A stretch of 64,000 nucleotides of DNA from Alphaproteobacteria bacterium (GCA_045614025.1 JAZLCE010000027.1:63033-127032), one strand, 5' to 3'; positions 13,209 to 24,160 are shown, numbered from the stretch's first letter. A program made the numbers and translations. Notes: generated by a model not told the origin, from the sequence alone.

Positions 13209-13496
13209 ATGACACAAAAAACGATTACACGTGCAGATATTGCAGATGCTATTTATAGGGAACTTGGTTTTTCCCATGCTGAATCATTCAAATTAATTGA
13301 ACAAATTTTGCAAGACATTATTGAAGCATTAGCAAAAGGCGAAACTGTTAAAATTTCAAAATTTGCATCATTTATTCCACATGCAAAAAAAGAAAGAATC
13401 GGCCGTAATCCAAAAACAGGTGTCAAACATGCCATTTCTCCTCGCACGGTTGTTTCTTTCAAAGCTTCAAATACTTTGAAAAACACTTTAAAATAA
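13209..13496 (+). CDS. ihfA: Integration host factor alpha subunit
   Basis: 95 aa HU/IHF fold (GFGxF-like, RNPKTG arm), followed by a MerR-type gene as in alphaproteobacteria. Confidence 0.85.
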   Translation: MTQKTITRADIADAIYRELGFSHAESFKLIEQILQDIIEALAKGETVKISKFASFIPHAKKERIGRNPKTGVKHAISPRTVVSFKASNTLKNTLK

Positions 13497-13508
13497 CAGG
13501 AGTGATTT

Positions 13509-13853
13509 ATGCTTAAGGCCGAAAACGCCTATCGAACCATTACTGAAGTTGCCGAACTTTTACAAGTTCCAGCCACAGTTCTTCGCTTTTGGGAAACTCA
13601 ATTTCACCAAATAAAACCAATGAAGAGAATGGGACGACGTTATTATCAAGCTCAAGACGTTGTATTACTAGCAAGAATTCGTGATTATCTTTATAAAGAA
13701 GGATATACGATTAAGGGCGTTCAAAAACGGCTTAAAAATACTGATAAATCTTCTGATTCTTCCATTTTTGAAAAAGAAAAAAATAATCTTGCAACAGATA
13801 CATTAATCAGAGAAATATCAGATATTAAAACATCTCTTGAAGATTATATTTAA
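13509..13853 (+). CDS. MerR-family transcriptional regulator
   Basis: N-terminal HTH ([22 protein letters not shown]). Conserved partner downstream of ihfA. Confidence 0.8.
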   Translation: MLKAENAYRTITEVAELLQVPATVLRFWETQFHQIKPMKRMGRRYYQAQDVVLLARIRDYLYKEGYTIKGVQKRLKNTDKSSDSSIFEKEKNNLATDTLIREISDIKTSLEDYI

Positions 13854-13864
13854 GTTAATGAAAA

Positions 13865-13890
13865 GCGCCTCATAAAGGCGCTTTTCTTTT
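13865..13890 (+). terminator. Rho-independent terminator after the merR-like gene
   Basis: Stem GCGCCT/AGGCGC with a 5-nt loop, followed by TTTTCTTTT. Confidence 0.5.
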
Positions 13891-14065
13891 AAAGAAAATA
13901 AATTATTTTTTCTTTGTTCCGCATCCACAACCTGGCATGAAAATCCCCTCCTTTCCTAATTTTAAATATTATCATCACAAATAAATTAATTCCTTCTTTT
14001 ATACTTGTCAATAGATGATAAATTTGATACACTTATCTTTAGATTAATCAAAATTAAGGCAAAAC

Positions 14066-14842
14066 ATGTTTTTAAAAAAAATGAAAAACTCTTTTATACT
14101 TGCTTTTCTGCTTTTAGCAACTGGTTGTGCACATAAAAATCCATTAACAGACTTTCAATTTCAAACCGTTATGGCGCCTCCTTATGTTTTAGCCTCTTGG
14201 TATCGCATATCAGAACCTGGAACCCCTATTCGCATCTATATCGAAGGGGATGGTCATTCGTTTGATGCCTATAACAGACCAACAGCAAATCCAACACCAA
14301 GATCAACATTTCTAAGAGAAATAGCTGCAAATGATCCAAATCCAAATGTTGCCTATTTGGGAAGACCTTGTCAATATCTTCAAACAAATACATGCACGCA
14401 AGATGATTGGACCTGTGGCCGTTTTTCTCCACAAATCATTAATTCTATGGAACAATCTGTTCTTCAACTTTCAAAAAAGAGTCAAACGAAAGAAATTATA
14501 TTAATTGGATATTCTGGCGGCGCTCAAATTGCTGGCCTTGTTGGGGTTAGACATCCCAAAATGATTAATAGAATTATCACAATTGCTGGTGTATTAGATC
14601 AACAAGCATGGACTGCTTATCATAATGACTCTCCATTAGATAAATCATTAAATCTTAAAAATTATGAAGAAATTTTTCATCAAATTCCTCAAACACATTT
14701 TATTGGGAAAAAAGATAGAGTTGTTCCAAATCATTTAACTGAAAGTTTTGTGAAAGATAAAAGTTCAATTATCACTCTTGAAAAAGCAGACCATCAAAAA
14801 GGATATGAATCTGCTTTAAAACAGTTGTATCACTTAAATTAA
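14066..14842 (+). CDS. Lipoprotein with alpha/beta-hydrolase-like GxSxG motif
   Basis: Lipobox LLLATGC and GYSGG nucleophile-elbow motif, 258 aa. Confidence 0.5.
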   Translation: MFLKKMKNSFILAFLLLATGCAHKNPLTDFQFQTVMAPPYVLASWYRISEPGTPIRIYIEGDGHSFDAYNRPTANPTPRSTFLREIAANDPNPNVAYLGRPCQYLQTNTCTQDDWTCGRFSPQIINSMEQSVLQLSKKSQTKEIILIGYSGGAQIAGLVGVRHPKMINRIITIAGVLDQQAWTAYHNDSPLDKSLNLKNYEEIFHQIPQTHFIGKKDRVVPNHLTESFVKDKSSIITLEKADHQKGYESALKQLYHLN

Positions 14843-14851
14843 GGAGCCAAA

Positions 14852-15805
14852 ATGACAAAAACCGTTTGGATACTTGCTGACGATAGAACTGGAAATGTTA
14901 ATCAACTTTTAGGCATTGCAGAACGCCTTCCCTTCCCTTTTGAACGAAAAGAAATTCGTTATAATTCATGGATTAAATTACCAAATTTTTTAAGAGGGAA
15001 AAGCTTGATTGGATTAACGAGTGAAAGCAAAAAAAATCTATCAACAGCTTCATATCCAGATCTTGTTTTAAGTGCAGGAAGAAGATCATACCCTGCCGCT
15101 TTATGGATCAAAAAGAAATCAAAAGGTAAAACTAAAATTATTCAATTAATGAATCCTGGAAAAGCATATTTTAAACAAGCAGATTTAGTTATTTTGCCTG
15201 AACATGATTTATATAAGGGATATTCCAAAAATGTTTTAATCTCAACAGGAACACCACACAGAATAACTCCTGAGCGATTAAAACAAGAAAAAGAAAAATG
15301 GGCTTCTCAATTTAAAAAATATTCCTCTCCACGACTTTCATTAATTGTTGGGGGGGCAACAAAAAATAATCCATTTACATTAGAAATGGCTCATGATTTA
15401 CTTAAAAATGTTAATGCACTTAAACCAAAAAGCGTTTTAGTTACAACCTCTAGACGAACACCAAAAGAAATTGTTTCCTATCTCAAAAAAAATCTTGATA
15501 AAAAAACAACTTTCTTTTATCAATTTGGAGATAAAATTGAAAATCCTTATTTTGGGCTCCTTTCTTCAGCAGATATAATTCTTGTTACAGGGGATTCAAT
15601 GTCTATGTGTTCTGAATGCTGTGCAACGAATGTTCCTGTTTTTATTTTTGCGCCAGATTTAATGATGAGCGAAAAACACAAACGTTTTCACAAAAGCCTT
15701 TTTAAAAATGGATATGCCCTTCCAGCTGGATCAAAGCTTAAACCCACAAAAGGGAATTTCAATCCTGCTGGAAATATTATTCATCAGATTCTAAAATTAT
15801 TTTAA
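14852..15805 (+). CDS. ELM1/DUF1022-family protein (glycosyltransferase-like, mitochondrial-fission ELM1 homologue)
   Basis: 317 aa. The N-terminus VWILADDRTGNVNQLLGIAERL resembles alphaproteobacterial DUF1022 proteins. Confidence 0.45.
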   Translation: MTKTVWILADDRTGNVNQLLGIAERLPFPFERKEIRYNSWIKLPNFLRGKSLIGLTSESKKNLSTASYPDLVLSAGRRSYPAALWIKKKSKGKTKIIQLMNPGKAYFKQADLVILPEHDLYKGYSKNVLISTGTPHRITPERLKQEKEKWASQFKKYSSPRLSLIVGGATKNNPFTLEMAHDLLKNVNALKPKSVLVTTSRRTPKEIVSYLKKNLDKKTTFFYQFGDKIENPYFGLLSSADIILVTGDSMSMCSECCATNVPVFIFAPDLMMSEKHKRFHKSLFKNGYALPAGSKLKPTKGNFNPAGNIIHQILKLF

Positions 15806-15819
15806 ACCGGAGATTTGAC

Positions 15820-16815
15820 GTGCCAAAAATAAGTATTATCATTCATCTAACTGCTCAAGAAAATATTGCAAATCTCTGTATTGAAAGTTTGCTTAAGCAA
15901 ACATTTCAAGACTTTGAATGTTTATGCGTTCTGTCAGATGCTGAAAAAGAATATCCTTTTTTAACAACTCTTTCAAAAAAAAATAAAAAATTCAAAATAT
16001 TAAAACAAATAAATTCCCCATCCAAATGGCACTGTTATAATGAGGCGCTTTATCAAATGAAGGGCGAATATGCGCTTTTCTTAAATGATTCTGATTTATT
16101 GCATCCACAAGCTTTAGATATTTATATGGATGCCTTACGTTATTCGCATGCTGATATTGCCACTGCAAATCCTTTTTATTTTTCTGGAACAAAAAAAATA
16201 AAAGCATTGGAAAAGAAAATTGCATTTGAAAAAAGCTCACTCAAAAAGAAAAACAATAATTTAATTGCCGAATTTTGGCAAGAAAATTTACCCTATATTG
16301 ATGAAACACTTGAAGGAAAAATGTTTTCTCAAACTATTCTTGCTTATCTTAAATTTCATCCGTCTCTTTGTGAATTTGCACCATACTTTTTTATTGAGCA
16401 ATTTTATTCTATGACACAATCTTTGGTATATATTCGCCATCAACTTTATTTTTATCGAAAAGAGGCTCATATCCCTTCTGTTGCCTCTTATGAAACGCTT
16501 ATGAATTTAAAAGAGCGCATTTCATTTGAATATGCCTATTTTGTTGATGATGGAAGAATAAGCTCATACACCGAAACGCTCTTAAACCATAGATGTTCAC
16601 AAGATTTGTTTTTAGCAGTTAAACATATTTTAACACACACACCTGAGAGATCTTTTATCTGCATTAATCAACAAATTATCACTTTGATTGAAGAGCTTAA
16701 AGATTTTGGTTTATTAAAAGGCCTTAGTCTTTCTTTAGTTCAAAAAAGCATTCTTTGGGCCCTAACAAAAGGCCATCTATCCTTGGCTAAAAAACTTATT
16801 CAATTCTTTTATTAA
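15820..16815 (+). CDS. Family 2 glycosyltransferase (GTG start)
   Basis: N-terminal SIIIHL...QTFQDFE pattern of the GT2 Rossmann domain. GTG start is tightly spaced after the upstream gene. Confidence 0.55.
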   Translation: MPKISIIIHLTAQENIANLCIESLLKQTFQDFECLCVLSDAEKEYPFLTTLSKKNKKFKILKQINSPSKWHCYNEALYQMKGEYALFLNDSDLLHPQALDIYMDALRYSHADIATANPFYFSGTKKIKALEKKIAFEKSSLKKKNNNLIAEFWQENLPYIDETLEGKMFSQTILAYLKFHPSLCEFAPYFFIEQFYSMTQSLVYIRHQLYFYRKEAHIPSVASYETLMNLKERISFEYAYFVDDGRISSYTETLLNHRCSQDLFLAVKHILTHTPERSFICINQQIITLIEELKDFGLLKGLSLSLVQKSILWALTKGHLSLAKKLIQFFY

Positions 16816-17402
16816 ATGTTGTTTTTTAAAATTTCATCATATCGACGCTTAATTTCTTGGATATCTTCCCACATAAGTGCTTTTGGTGAACCTGGTCTTG
16901 CGATTGGATTTCTAAGCAAATATGATGGATGAAAAATAGGCATCATTTTTGAACCATTTGGCCCATCAAACCATTTTCCACGAACTTTTGAAATGGCTGA
17001 TGCATTTGGCAAAAAGCTTGTTAATGCAACACGTCCACACAGCAAAATAATTTTTGGTTTCAAAATATTTAATTGAGCATCTAAATAATTTCTACAAGCT
17101 TCTTTTTCACTTGGCAATGGATCTCTATTTTCTGGAGGACGACACTTTAATGTGTTACAAATATAAATATCTTTTTCTCTGCTTAAACCAACAGATTCAA
17201 AAATTTTATCAAGTAATTGACCGGCGCGACCAACAAATGGCTTTCCTTGCAAATCTTCATTAGCCCCTGGAGCTTCACCAATCAAAACAATATTTGAATT
17301 TGGCTTCCCATCAGAAAAAACAACATTTGTTCTTGTTTTTGCTAAAGGACATTTTTGACAATTTAAACATTCTAATCTAACTTTTTCTAATTCTTCTAAC
17401 AT
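16812..17402 (-). CDS. Uracil-DNA glycosylase, family 4 (4Fe-4S type)
   Basis: GEAPG motif (LIGEAPGANEDLQGKPFVGRAGQLL) and CxxC...C cysteines near the N-terminus. Confidence 0.85.
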   Translation of the reverse strand: MLEELEKVRLECLNCQKCPLAKTRTNVVFSDGKPNSNIVLIGEAPGANEDLQGKPFVGRAGQLLDKIFESVGLSREKDIYICNTLKCRPPENRDPLPSEKEACRNYLDAQLNILKPKIILLCGRVALTSFLPNASAISKVRGKWFDGPNGSKMMPIFHPSYLLRNPIARPGSPKALMWEDIQEIKRRYDEILKNNI

Positions 17403-17510
17403 GGTGTCTCCTATAAAATTTTATGTTGGCAGTTTATCCAAAATAAAAGAAAAAAACAATCTAAAAACACTCTCTTGATTTTTTTTATAAATTTATGATA
17501 TAAAAAACGC

Positions 17511-18485
17511 ATGAAAAAAAAAGAAAATTCAGCTCCATGCAAAAAAGATTTAATCTCGTTTTTAGAAAAAAACGTTTTTAAAGAACCTGTTGTTTCTCTT
17601 TATCAATTTGAAAGAGGGGCATCTTCTTATAATTATTTAGCAACCCTTCAAAATAAAAAAGTTTTGGTGAAACTAGCTTGGAAATATAAAAAATCTGGGG
17701 TTGAACGGCTTGTTCAAATTATTTCTTTACTCTCTAAACAAGATAAACTTCCAATTGCAAAAATTCTTACATTCAATAATAAAAATATTTTCAAATATAA
17801 AAATAGTTATGGTTTTGTTTTGGAATATATTGAAGGGGCTTCTCTTGCAGCAACAAAAATATCAATAGATCATATTAAGCAAGTTATTTCAGCATATAAA
17901 AATTTTGAAAAAATAAAAATCACAAATGAAAAAATTCTTGTTCCAGCTTATAATTTTTCAAAAATACAACAAGAATATCTTCTTAATTGCGAAATAATGA
18001 TTAAAAAATCAAAAACAAATCCCATCTCGGCTTTTTTGCTAAACAAATGCAAAAAAAATCTTGTTAAAATTGGCAACTCTCCTTTAAAAATTTCGAAAAA
18101 CAAAAAAAGCATTATTCATGGTGATTTTCATCATAATAACTTGCTATTCAAAAACAACAAACTTGTTGCTATTTTAGATTTAGAAGATTTGGGATATGGA
18201 TATACAAGCGAAGATTTATTGCGCTTTATTTTATGCTTAACGGCGCGGCAACCTCTTTTTTATCCAAAGAAGAAATATCTATATACTTATCTTGATTTTA
18301 TAACAAAAGAATTTTCCTATTCAAAAGAAGAATGGTTAACGGGCCTTAATTCTTTCACTCTACAAAAATATAAAAAAGTATTCTCAAAAGATAAAAAAGC
18401 CAACTTCTCAAGTTGCAAAAAAATGCTTCAACTTTTGTTTTTCATGCGCCAATATAATTGGATTCAATCATATTTTGAAAAGTAA
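17511..18485 (+). CDS. Phosphotransferase (APH/choline-kinase-like) family protein
   Basis: Brenner-type catalytic motif HGDFHHNN and a DLED divalent-cation motif. Confidence 0.6.
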   Translation: MKKKENSAPCKKDLISFLEKNVFKEPVVSLYQFERGASSYNYLATLQNKKVLVKLAWKYKKSGVERLVQIISLLSKQDKLPIAKILTFNNKNIFKYKNSYGFVLEYIEGASLAATKISIDHIKQVISAYKNFEKIKITNEKILVPAYNFSKIQQEYLLNCEIMIKKSKTNPISAFLLNKCKKNLVKIGNSPLKISKNKKSIIHGDFHHNNLLFKNNKLVAILDLEDLGYGYTSEDLLRFILCLTARQPLFYPKKKYLYTYLDFITKEFSYSKEEWLTGLNSFTLQKYKKVFSKDKKANFSSCKKMLQLLFFMRQYNWIQSYFEK

Positions 18486-18495
18486 AAAAATTTAA

Positions 18496-20097
18496 TTAAT
18501 CAGCTAAACTTTTTTCTTTTTCAATATCTTGATTTTCTAATCCCGCCAAACGAATAACTGTATGAATCACGTGTTCTGTATTATATGATTTTTCTTGATT
18601 TTGATAAAGATTATAAACAATTTGTTTTCTCATATGACGATACTTATCAGAAATCCATAAAACAAATGGAATTGTTGTCATCGGTTCATTTGCAAGTTCA
18701 GAATGTCCCAAAATTTTTGTTTCAGAAGTATCATATATATCTTCACCATGATCACTAAAATATAAACAATATGAAAGTTCTTCTTGTTTTTGAGTCATAC
18801 TTATAATTTCATTAACAACATAATCCGTATATCTAATCGAATCATCATAAGCATTCAATAATTCGTGTCCTTGGTCTGATAAATTTTTATTTGGCATTTT
18901 ATCTTTAAAATAAACCCATTCAGATGGATATCTATTTGTATAAGCAGAGTGAGATCCAATTAAATGAACAAAAATCACTTTTTTATGAGAAGACTTGTCA
19001 TTTAAAATTTTTTCAATGTCTGGCAACATATCTCCATCAAAACCTGTTTTTTCAAATCTTTTCATACCACTAAAATTATAAGATTTTTCCCAATCTGCAT
19101 GAGAAGAAATTGCAGTTACTAAAGTATCTGATAATGCATATTGATTTGAAAGCCAATATGTTTTAAAACCGGCTTGTTTAAAATAATTAACAATCGTTCC
19201 TTTTTGTGTTAAAAAATTCATCTTACCTTCTTCTGCAAACGTTAACACGCGTTCTAAAACAGGCATGGTTTGCGCAAAGGGTGATTTAACATTTTTAAAA
19301 ACAAACAAATCTTCTTTTCTTGCATCAGAAAAAGGCGTTGTTTGACGTGGATATCCATATAAAGATAAATGTGTTCGATTAGATGATTCACCAATAATCA
19401 CAACATATGTTTCTGGGATATCTTGTTGAACATCAGAAACAATATTTTCAAAAGGATTGGCATTATTTTTAGCTAAAGTTTCTTTCAATTCTCCATATGT
19501 TTTTTTGTATAATAAAAAATGATAGATAACATTGCTGTATGGATTTAAAACATATCCATCTTTAAATTTAAACCCTTTTTTAAAAAGATTTCGAATAAAT
19601 GGAATTCCCAAAATTAAGCAAATAAAGAAACCTAAAAACTGTTGTTTCAAGCTCAAAGAAAGTTCAGGCAAATTAATAATTAAAAAAACAGGACAAATCA
19701 AACAAATACCGGCTAAAACAAAAATTGAAACAGGTATATTTTGCATTAAAAATTCTTTTGTTTCTTTCATGTTAGAAACAAATAATGTGAAAAATGTATT
19801 TAACCCAATTCTTGTTTTAAAAAAATAAATATGCCCAATTTCTAACAACATTAATGGCACAAAAACAAAATGCAAAATAAGCAAATAGCCTTTTAAACAG
19901 GATGGAAGAAGAAAAAGAGGCGTCAACATTAAAAAACAAATTGGAAATGTGCGCACAACATCTTTTAAAAATAACTTATAAAAAAGTTTATTCTTCAAAT
20001 CAGCCTGTTTAATTGATTTAAAAAAAGTATAGAAAAGAGGCAAAAAACCAATTAAAAAGACATATGTAAAAGAAAAAATTAGATTTGACATTTTCAA
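18496..20097 (-). CDS. Lipid A / LPS phosphoethanolamine transferase (EptA-like sulfatase-family membrane enzyme)
   Basis: 533 aa with an N-terminal multi-TM region and an alkaline-phosphatase-like domain (GSHSAYTNRYP, YFSDHGE). Confidence 0.75.
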   Translation of the reverse strand: MKMSNLIFSFTYVFLIGFLPLFYTFFKSIKQADLKNKLFYKLFLKDVVRTFPICFLMLTPLFLLPSCLKGYLLILHFVFVPLMLLEIGHIYFFKTRIGLNTFFTLFVSNMKETKEFLMQNIPVSIFVLAGICLICPVFLIINLPELSLSLKQQFLGFFICLILGIPFIRNLFKKGFKFKDGYVLNPYSNVIYHFLLYKKTYGELKETLAKNNANPFENIVSDVQQDIPETYVVIIGESSNRTHLSLYGYPRQTTPFSDARKEDLFVFKNVKSPFAQTMPVLERVLTFAEEGKMNFLTQKGTIVNYFKQAGFKTYWLSNQYALSDTLVTAISSHADWEKSYNFSGMKRFEKTGFDGDMLPDIEKILNDKSSHKKVIFVHLIGSHSAYTNRYPSEWVYFKDKMPNKNLSDQGHELLNAYDDSIRYTDYVVNEIISMTQKQEELSYCLYFSDHGEDIYDTSETKILGHSELANEPMTTIPFVLWISDKYRHMRKQIVYNLYQNQEKSYNTEHVIHTVIRLAGLENQDIEKEKSLAD

Positions 20098-20149
20098 AGT
20101 ATCCTGTAGAATAAAAAGACCGAAAATATCTTACTGAAAGGGCGTTAAA

Positions 20150-21397
20150 ATGTCAATATTAATCAGACACGTTTTGTTAAACAATAAACCTGTTGATATT
20201 CTTATTAAGAATAACAAAATTGAACAGATTTCTGATCATATTCCGACAGCTCTTTCGGACGAAATTATTTCCGGTGAAGGTAAAGCCATTACGCCCGCAT
20301 TTTATAACATGCACACACATTCACCAATGACATTATTCAGGGGAATTGGCGAAGATAAAGATTTGTTTGAATGGCTTCAAACAGATATTTGGCCTCGCGA
20401 AGAAAAATTAACAAATGAACAAGTTTATATTGCTTCTAAATTATCTATTTTAGAAATGATAAAATCAGGAACTGTTTTATTTAATGACATGTATCCTTTT
20501 GCATCTGAAACTGAAAAAGCGGCTGATGAAATGGGTGTCAAAATGCTTTCTTCTTGCGTTGCATTTGATTTATTTAATCCCCAAATGACTTCAGAAAAGA
20601 AAAAAAACATGAGTGAATTTATGGAAAGAAAAATAAATTCTCCACTCATTAAAAAAACTGTTTCCTGCCATGCAGTATATACTGTTTCGGAAGAACTTTT
20701 GCGTTTTTCAAAAGAATTAGCATTAAAACACCATGCCTTCTTGCATATTCATTTAGCTGAAACACAAAAAGAAGTTTCTGATTGCATCGAAAAAACGGGG
20801 CTAACACCAACAAAATATTTGGATAAACTTGGTCTTTTAACAAATAAAACAATTCTTGCTCATTGTGTGTGGTTAAATGATGAAGATAGAAAAATCATCA
20901 AGGAAAGAGGGTGCTTAATTGCTCATTGTCCAACATCAAACTTGAAACTTAATTCAGGCCAAATGCCTTTTAATCTTTATAAAGAGGAAGGTCTTAAAAT
21001 TTCACTTGGAACAGATGGCGCATCATCAAATAATTCACTAAGTATGCTCAGCGAAATGAAAATAGCCGCCTTATCTGCCAAAGGAGAATCTAAAAATATC
21101 ACGGCAGGAAAAGTTGATCATATTTTAGAATCCTCTCAAAAAGAAGCTGCAAAATTCTTGGGATTAAACGCTGGAGAAATTAAAGTTGGTACCATTGCTG
21201 ATTTCATCCTTTGGGATTTAAATAATTTGCTTCTTCAACCACAAGCCTTTTTAAAATCACATCTTGTTTATAGCGCTGATTCAAGTTGCATTTCAGATGT
21301 TTGTTCAAACGGGCGGTTTATCTTAAAAGATAAGCACCACCCGTTCGAAAATGAAATTATTGATTCATTTTTAAAAGTAACAGAATCAATTATTTGA
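20150..21397 (+). CDS. Amidohydrolase (MTA/SAH deaminase or chlorohydrolase family)
   Basis: Metal-binding HxH (YNMHTHSPM) and the downstream His/Asp pattern typical of MtaD / guanine-deaminase-like enzymes. Confidence 0.7.
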   Translation: MSILIRHVLLNNKPVDILIKNNKIEQISDHIPTALSDEIISGEGKAITPAFYNMHTHSPMTLFRGIGEDKDLFEWLQTDIWPREEKLTNEQVYIASKLSILEMIKSGTVLFNDMYPFASETEKAADEMGVKMLSSCVAFDLFNPQMTSEKKKNMSEFMERKINSPLIKKTVSCHAVYTVSEELLRFSKELALKHHAFLHIHLAETQKEVSDCIEKTGLTPTKYLDKLGLLTNKTILAHCVWLNDEDRKIIKERGCLIAHCPTSNLKLNSGQMPFNLYKEEGLKISLGTDGASSNNSLSMLSEMKIAALSAKGESKNITAGKVDHILESSQKEAAKFLGLNAGEIKVGTIADFILWDLNNLLLQPQAFLKSHLVYSADSSCISDVCSNGRFILKDKHHPFENEIIDSFLKVTESII

Positions 21398-22354
21398 TTT
21401 GCCACTTATCTTTCTTGTTTGATAAAGCGAAATCAAAATACCTAATATTAAAATACCAAAAGTAACAATTAAAGAAACACTTGTTGTTACTTTTAAACCG
21501 ATATAAGGCAAAAAGATTTTTGACCCAATAAAGATTAAAACAAAGGATAATGCATGTTTTAAATAGACGAATCTGGAAACAGCTTGAGCCAATAAAAAGT
21601 ATAAAGACCGCAAACCCAAAATAGCAAAAATGTTACTTGTGTATACAACAAAAACATCTTGCGTAATTAAAAAGATGGCAGGAATGCTATCAATCGCAAA
21701 AATTACATCCATTGTTTCAATAATTAGCAAAGCCAAAAACAAAGGTGTTGCTACCCATTTACCAGCTTGCTTGATAAAGAAATGTTCTTCATGAATTTTA
21801 TTTGTCATTGGAAGATATTTCTTAACAAAAGATAACATTTTTCCTTCTGTTTCTGGCTCATTTTCTTCTTTTTCATCCTTCATTGTTTCAATAAGCATTT
21901 TTGCGCCTGTATAAATTAAAAAGGCCGAAAAAAGATACAACACCCAATGGAATTGACTAACTAATTGAGCGCCAATTAAAATCATCACAGCGCGCATCAC
22001 AACGGCCCCTAAAACACCCCAAAATAATACGCGGTGTTGATACATAGATGGCACTTTTAATGAAGTAAAAATAAGCGAAATCACAAAAATATTATCCATG
22101 GATAAACTAAACTCAACGAGATAGCCTGTATAAAAAAGCATTCCCGTTTCCATGCCCTTTTCAAACACAACAAACAACCCAAACAATAGTGATATAATCA
22201 CATATGAAAGGCAAATCTTAAAAGTTCCTTTCATTGTTGGCATTTCTGTTTTTTTATGAAAAACAAACAAGTCTAAAAATAAAATAGTAAAAACAATAAA
22301 ACCAAAAATTCCCCACATAACACCTGTGGATAAGTGCGATAATGCATCTAACAT
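21386..22354 (-). CDS. TerC-family integral membrane protein
   Basis: 322 aa, multiple TM helices and the conserved SxDNxF-like motif (SMDNIFVISLIF). Confidence 0.7.
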   Translation of the reverse strand: MLDALSHLSTGVMWGIFGFIVFTILFLDLFVFHKKTEMPTMKGTFKICLSYVIISLLFGLFVVFEKGMETGMLFYTGYLVEFSLSMDNIFVISLIFTSLKVPSMYQHRVLFWGVLGAVVMRAVMILIGAQLVSQFHWVLYLFSAFLIYTGAKMLIETMKDEKEENEPETEGKMLSFVKKYLPMTNKIHEEHFFIKQAGKWVATPLFLALLIIETMDVIFAIDSIPAIFLITQDVFVVYTSNIFAILGLRSLYFLLAQAVSRFVYLKHALSFVLIFIGSKIFLPYIGLKVTTSVSLIVTFGILILGILISLYQTRKISGKSNN

Positions 22355-22905
22355 TTATCTTGTTCCTTTACAAATAAATTATTCCCATTTTCATCTAAAA
22401 CTGGTCGGCGATCGGGATTTATCGCCAGTCCTTTTTGAACAAAAATTTCCCATGGAAATGTAATACCTGGATCAAACTTGCGAAAAGGAGCAATATCTGA
22501 ATGACCGACAACATTTTCTGGTTTAATTTTATATCTGTTCATAATATCTTCGCAAAGCAAAAGACCTGATTCAATTTGCTCTTTTGAAAAATCAATGAAT
22601 GTTTTTTCACCACTTGGAGGACATTGAAATTCAATCCCAATAGAATGAGAGTTTATATCTTCTTTAATTTCATTCCATGAAGAAACACCCGCATGCCAAG
22701 CTCTTTTTTCTTCTGGAATAACTTGATAAATTGTTCCATCTCTATCAATCACATAATGAGAGCTTACTCGCCCACCATCTTCTTTTTCAATAAAAATCTT
22801 AAGCGTTTCTTCTATAGAGTTTGTTGCTGTTGCGTGAAAAACAATCATATCAATTTTTGCTTTTCTTTCATCAAAATGCGTAGAAAATTTTTGAATAATC
22901 TTCAT
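22348..22905 (-). CDS. N-acetylmuramoyl-L-alanine amidase (AmpD/Amidase_2 family)
   Basis: 185 aa. IVFHATA...AWHAGVSSW...IGIEF pattern of zinc amidase_2. Confidence 0.75.
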   Translation of the reverse strand: MKIIQKFSTHFDERKAKIDMIVFHATATNSIEETLKIFIEKEDGGRVSSHYVIDRDGTIYQVIPEEKRAWHAGVSSWNEIKEDINSHSIGIEFQCPPSGEKTFIDFSKEQIESGLLLCEDIMNRYKIKPENVVGHSDIAPFRKFDPGITFPWEIFVQKGLAINPDRRPVLDENGNNLFVKEQDKC

Positions 22906-22915
22906 TTCGTCCCCA

Positions 22916-23404
22916 TTACTTTTTCAAACTAATTGGCCGCATAAAACTGTGACATAAAGAAATAGCTAAGGCATCTGCTGCATCAGGTGGAATTTTTTCT
23001 GGAACACTTTTTAATAATGTTCGAACCATCATATCCACTTGTTTTTTATCAGCATGACCAACACCAACAACCATTTTTTTTATCTGATTCGGTGTATATT
23101 CTGCAACAGGAATATTAAACAAAGCAGGCGTTAATAAAACAACACCTCTGGCCTGCCCTAATTTAAGCGTTGAAGTTGGATTGTTATTAACAAATGTTTC
23201 CTCAACGGCAGCTTCATCTGGTTGATAAGCTTCAATAACTTTTTTTAAATCAGTATGCAACTCTCCCAATCTATTGCATAACTGATTTTCTGTATCCGGA
23301 TTAATTACACCGGCTGCAATAAAACGCAAACGGGAGCCATCTTTTTCGATGACTCCCCAACCTGTGTGTCTTAATCCTGGATCAAGTCCCAAGATGCGGA
23401 CCAT
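22916..23404 (-). CDS. ruvC: Holliday junction resolvase RuvC
   Basis: ILGLDPGLRHTGWGV N-terminus and a catalytic acidic tetrad pattern. Confidence 0.9.
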   Translation of the reverse strand: MVRILGLDPGLRHTGWGVIEKDGSRLRFIAAGVINPDTENQLCNRLGELHTDLKKVIEAYQPDEAAVEETFVNNNPTSTLKLGQARGVVLLTPALFNIPVAEYTPNQIKKMVVGVGHADKKQVDMMVRTLLKSVPEKIPPDAADALAISLCHSFMRPISLKK

Positions 23405-23407
23405 CGA

Positions 23408-24160
23408 TTATTCCCCCAATTGTGCCATAATTTCTTCTGAAATATCAGCGTTTGTGATCACGCGTTGAACGTCATCATCTTCATTTAAGACATCTAAAAA
23501 TTTCATTAATTTTTGTGCTGTTTCTAAATCAGTGATTTCTTTTTGAACCATTGGTTTCCAATCACGTCTTGCAACATTTGGTGTTCCAAGCTTTGCTTCT
23601 AAAGCATCACGAACAGAGCCCAAATCATCAACTTGACAAGTAATTTCATGTGTTTCATCTGTTGAAACAACATCATCTGCACCTGCATCTAAAGCAGCTT
23701 CAAAAATAGCATCTGGAGTTCCAACTGCAACAGGATATTCAATATATCCAATACGTTCAAAATTAAATGTTACAGAACCTGTTTCGCCCAAAGCACCACC
23801 GCTTTTTGAAAACAATGAACGTAAAACTGGAGCTGTTCTTGCGCGATTATCTGTTAACGCTTCAACAATCACAGAAACTTTACCCGGCCCCATACCTTCA
23901 TATCTAACTTCTTCATAGTTAGAGGTATCTGTTCCTTGAGTTCCTTTTAAAATTGCGCGTTCAATATTATCTTTGGGCATATTTTCAGAACGAGCTGTTT
24001 GAATTGCCAAACGCAAACGAGGGTTAGATGCTGGATCACCACCACCTGTTTTTGCAGCAACAGTGATTTCTCTTGCCAACTTTGAAAAAACTTTTGCACG
24101 CATCTTATCTTGCGCACCTTTACGATACATAATATTTTTAAACTGTGAATGTCCTGCCAT
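23408..24160 (-). CDS. yebC: YebC/PmpR-family transcriptional regulator
   Basis: [19 protein letters not shown]-terminus. Start trimmed from the ORF-track 24229 to the ATG at 24160, which removes the overlap with the upstream gene. Confidence 0.88.
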   Translation of the reverse strand: MAGHSQFKNIMYRKGAQDKMRAKVFSKLAREITVAAKTGGGDPASNPRLRLAIQTARSENMPKDNIERAILKGTQGTDTSNYEEVRYEGMGPGKVSVIVEALTDNRARTAPVLRSLFSKSGGALGETGSVTFNFERIGYIEYPVAVGTPDAIFEAALDAGADDVVSTDETHEITCQVDDLGSVRDALEAKLGTPNVARRDWKPMVQKEITDLETAQKLMKFLDVLNEDDDVQRVITNADISEEIMAQLGE

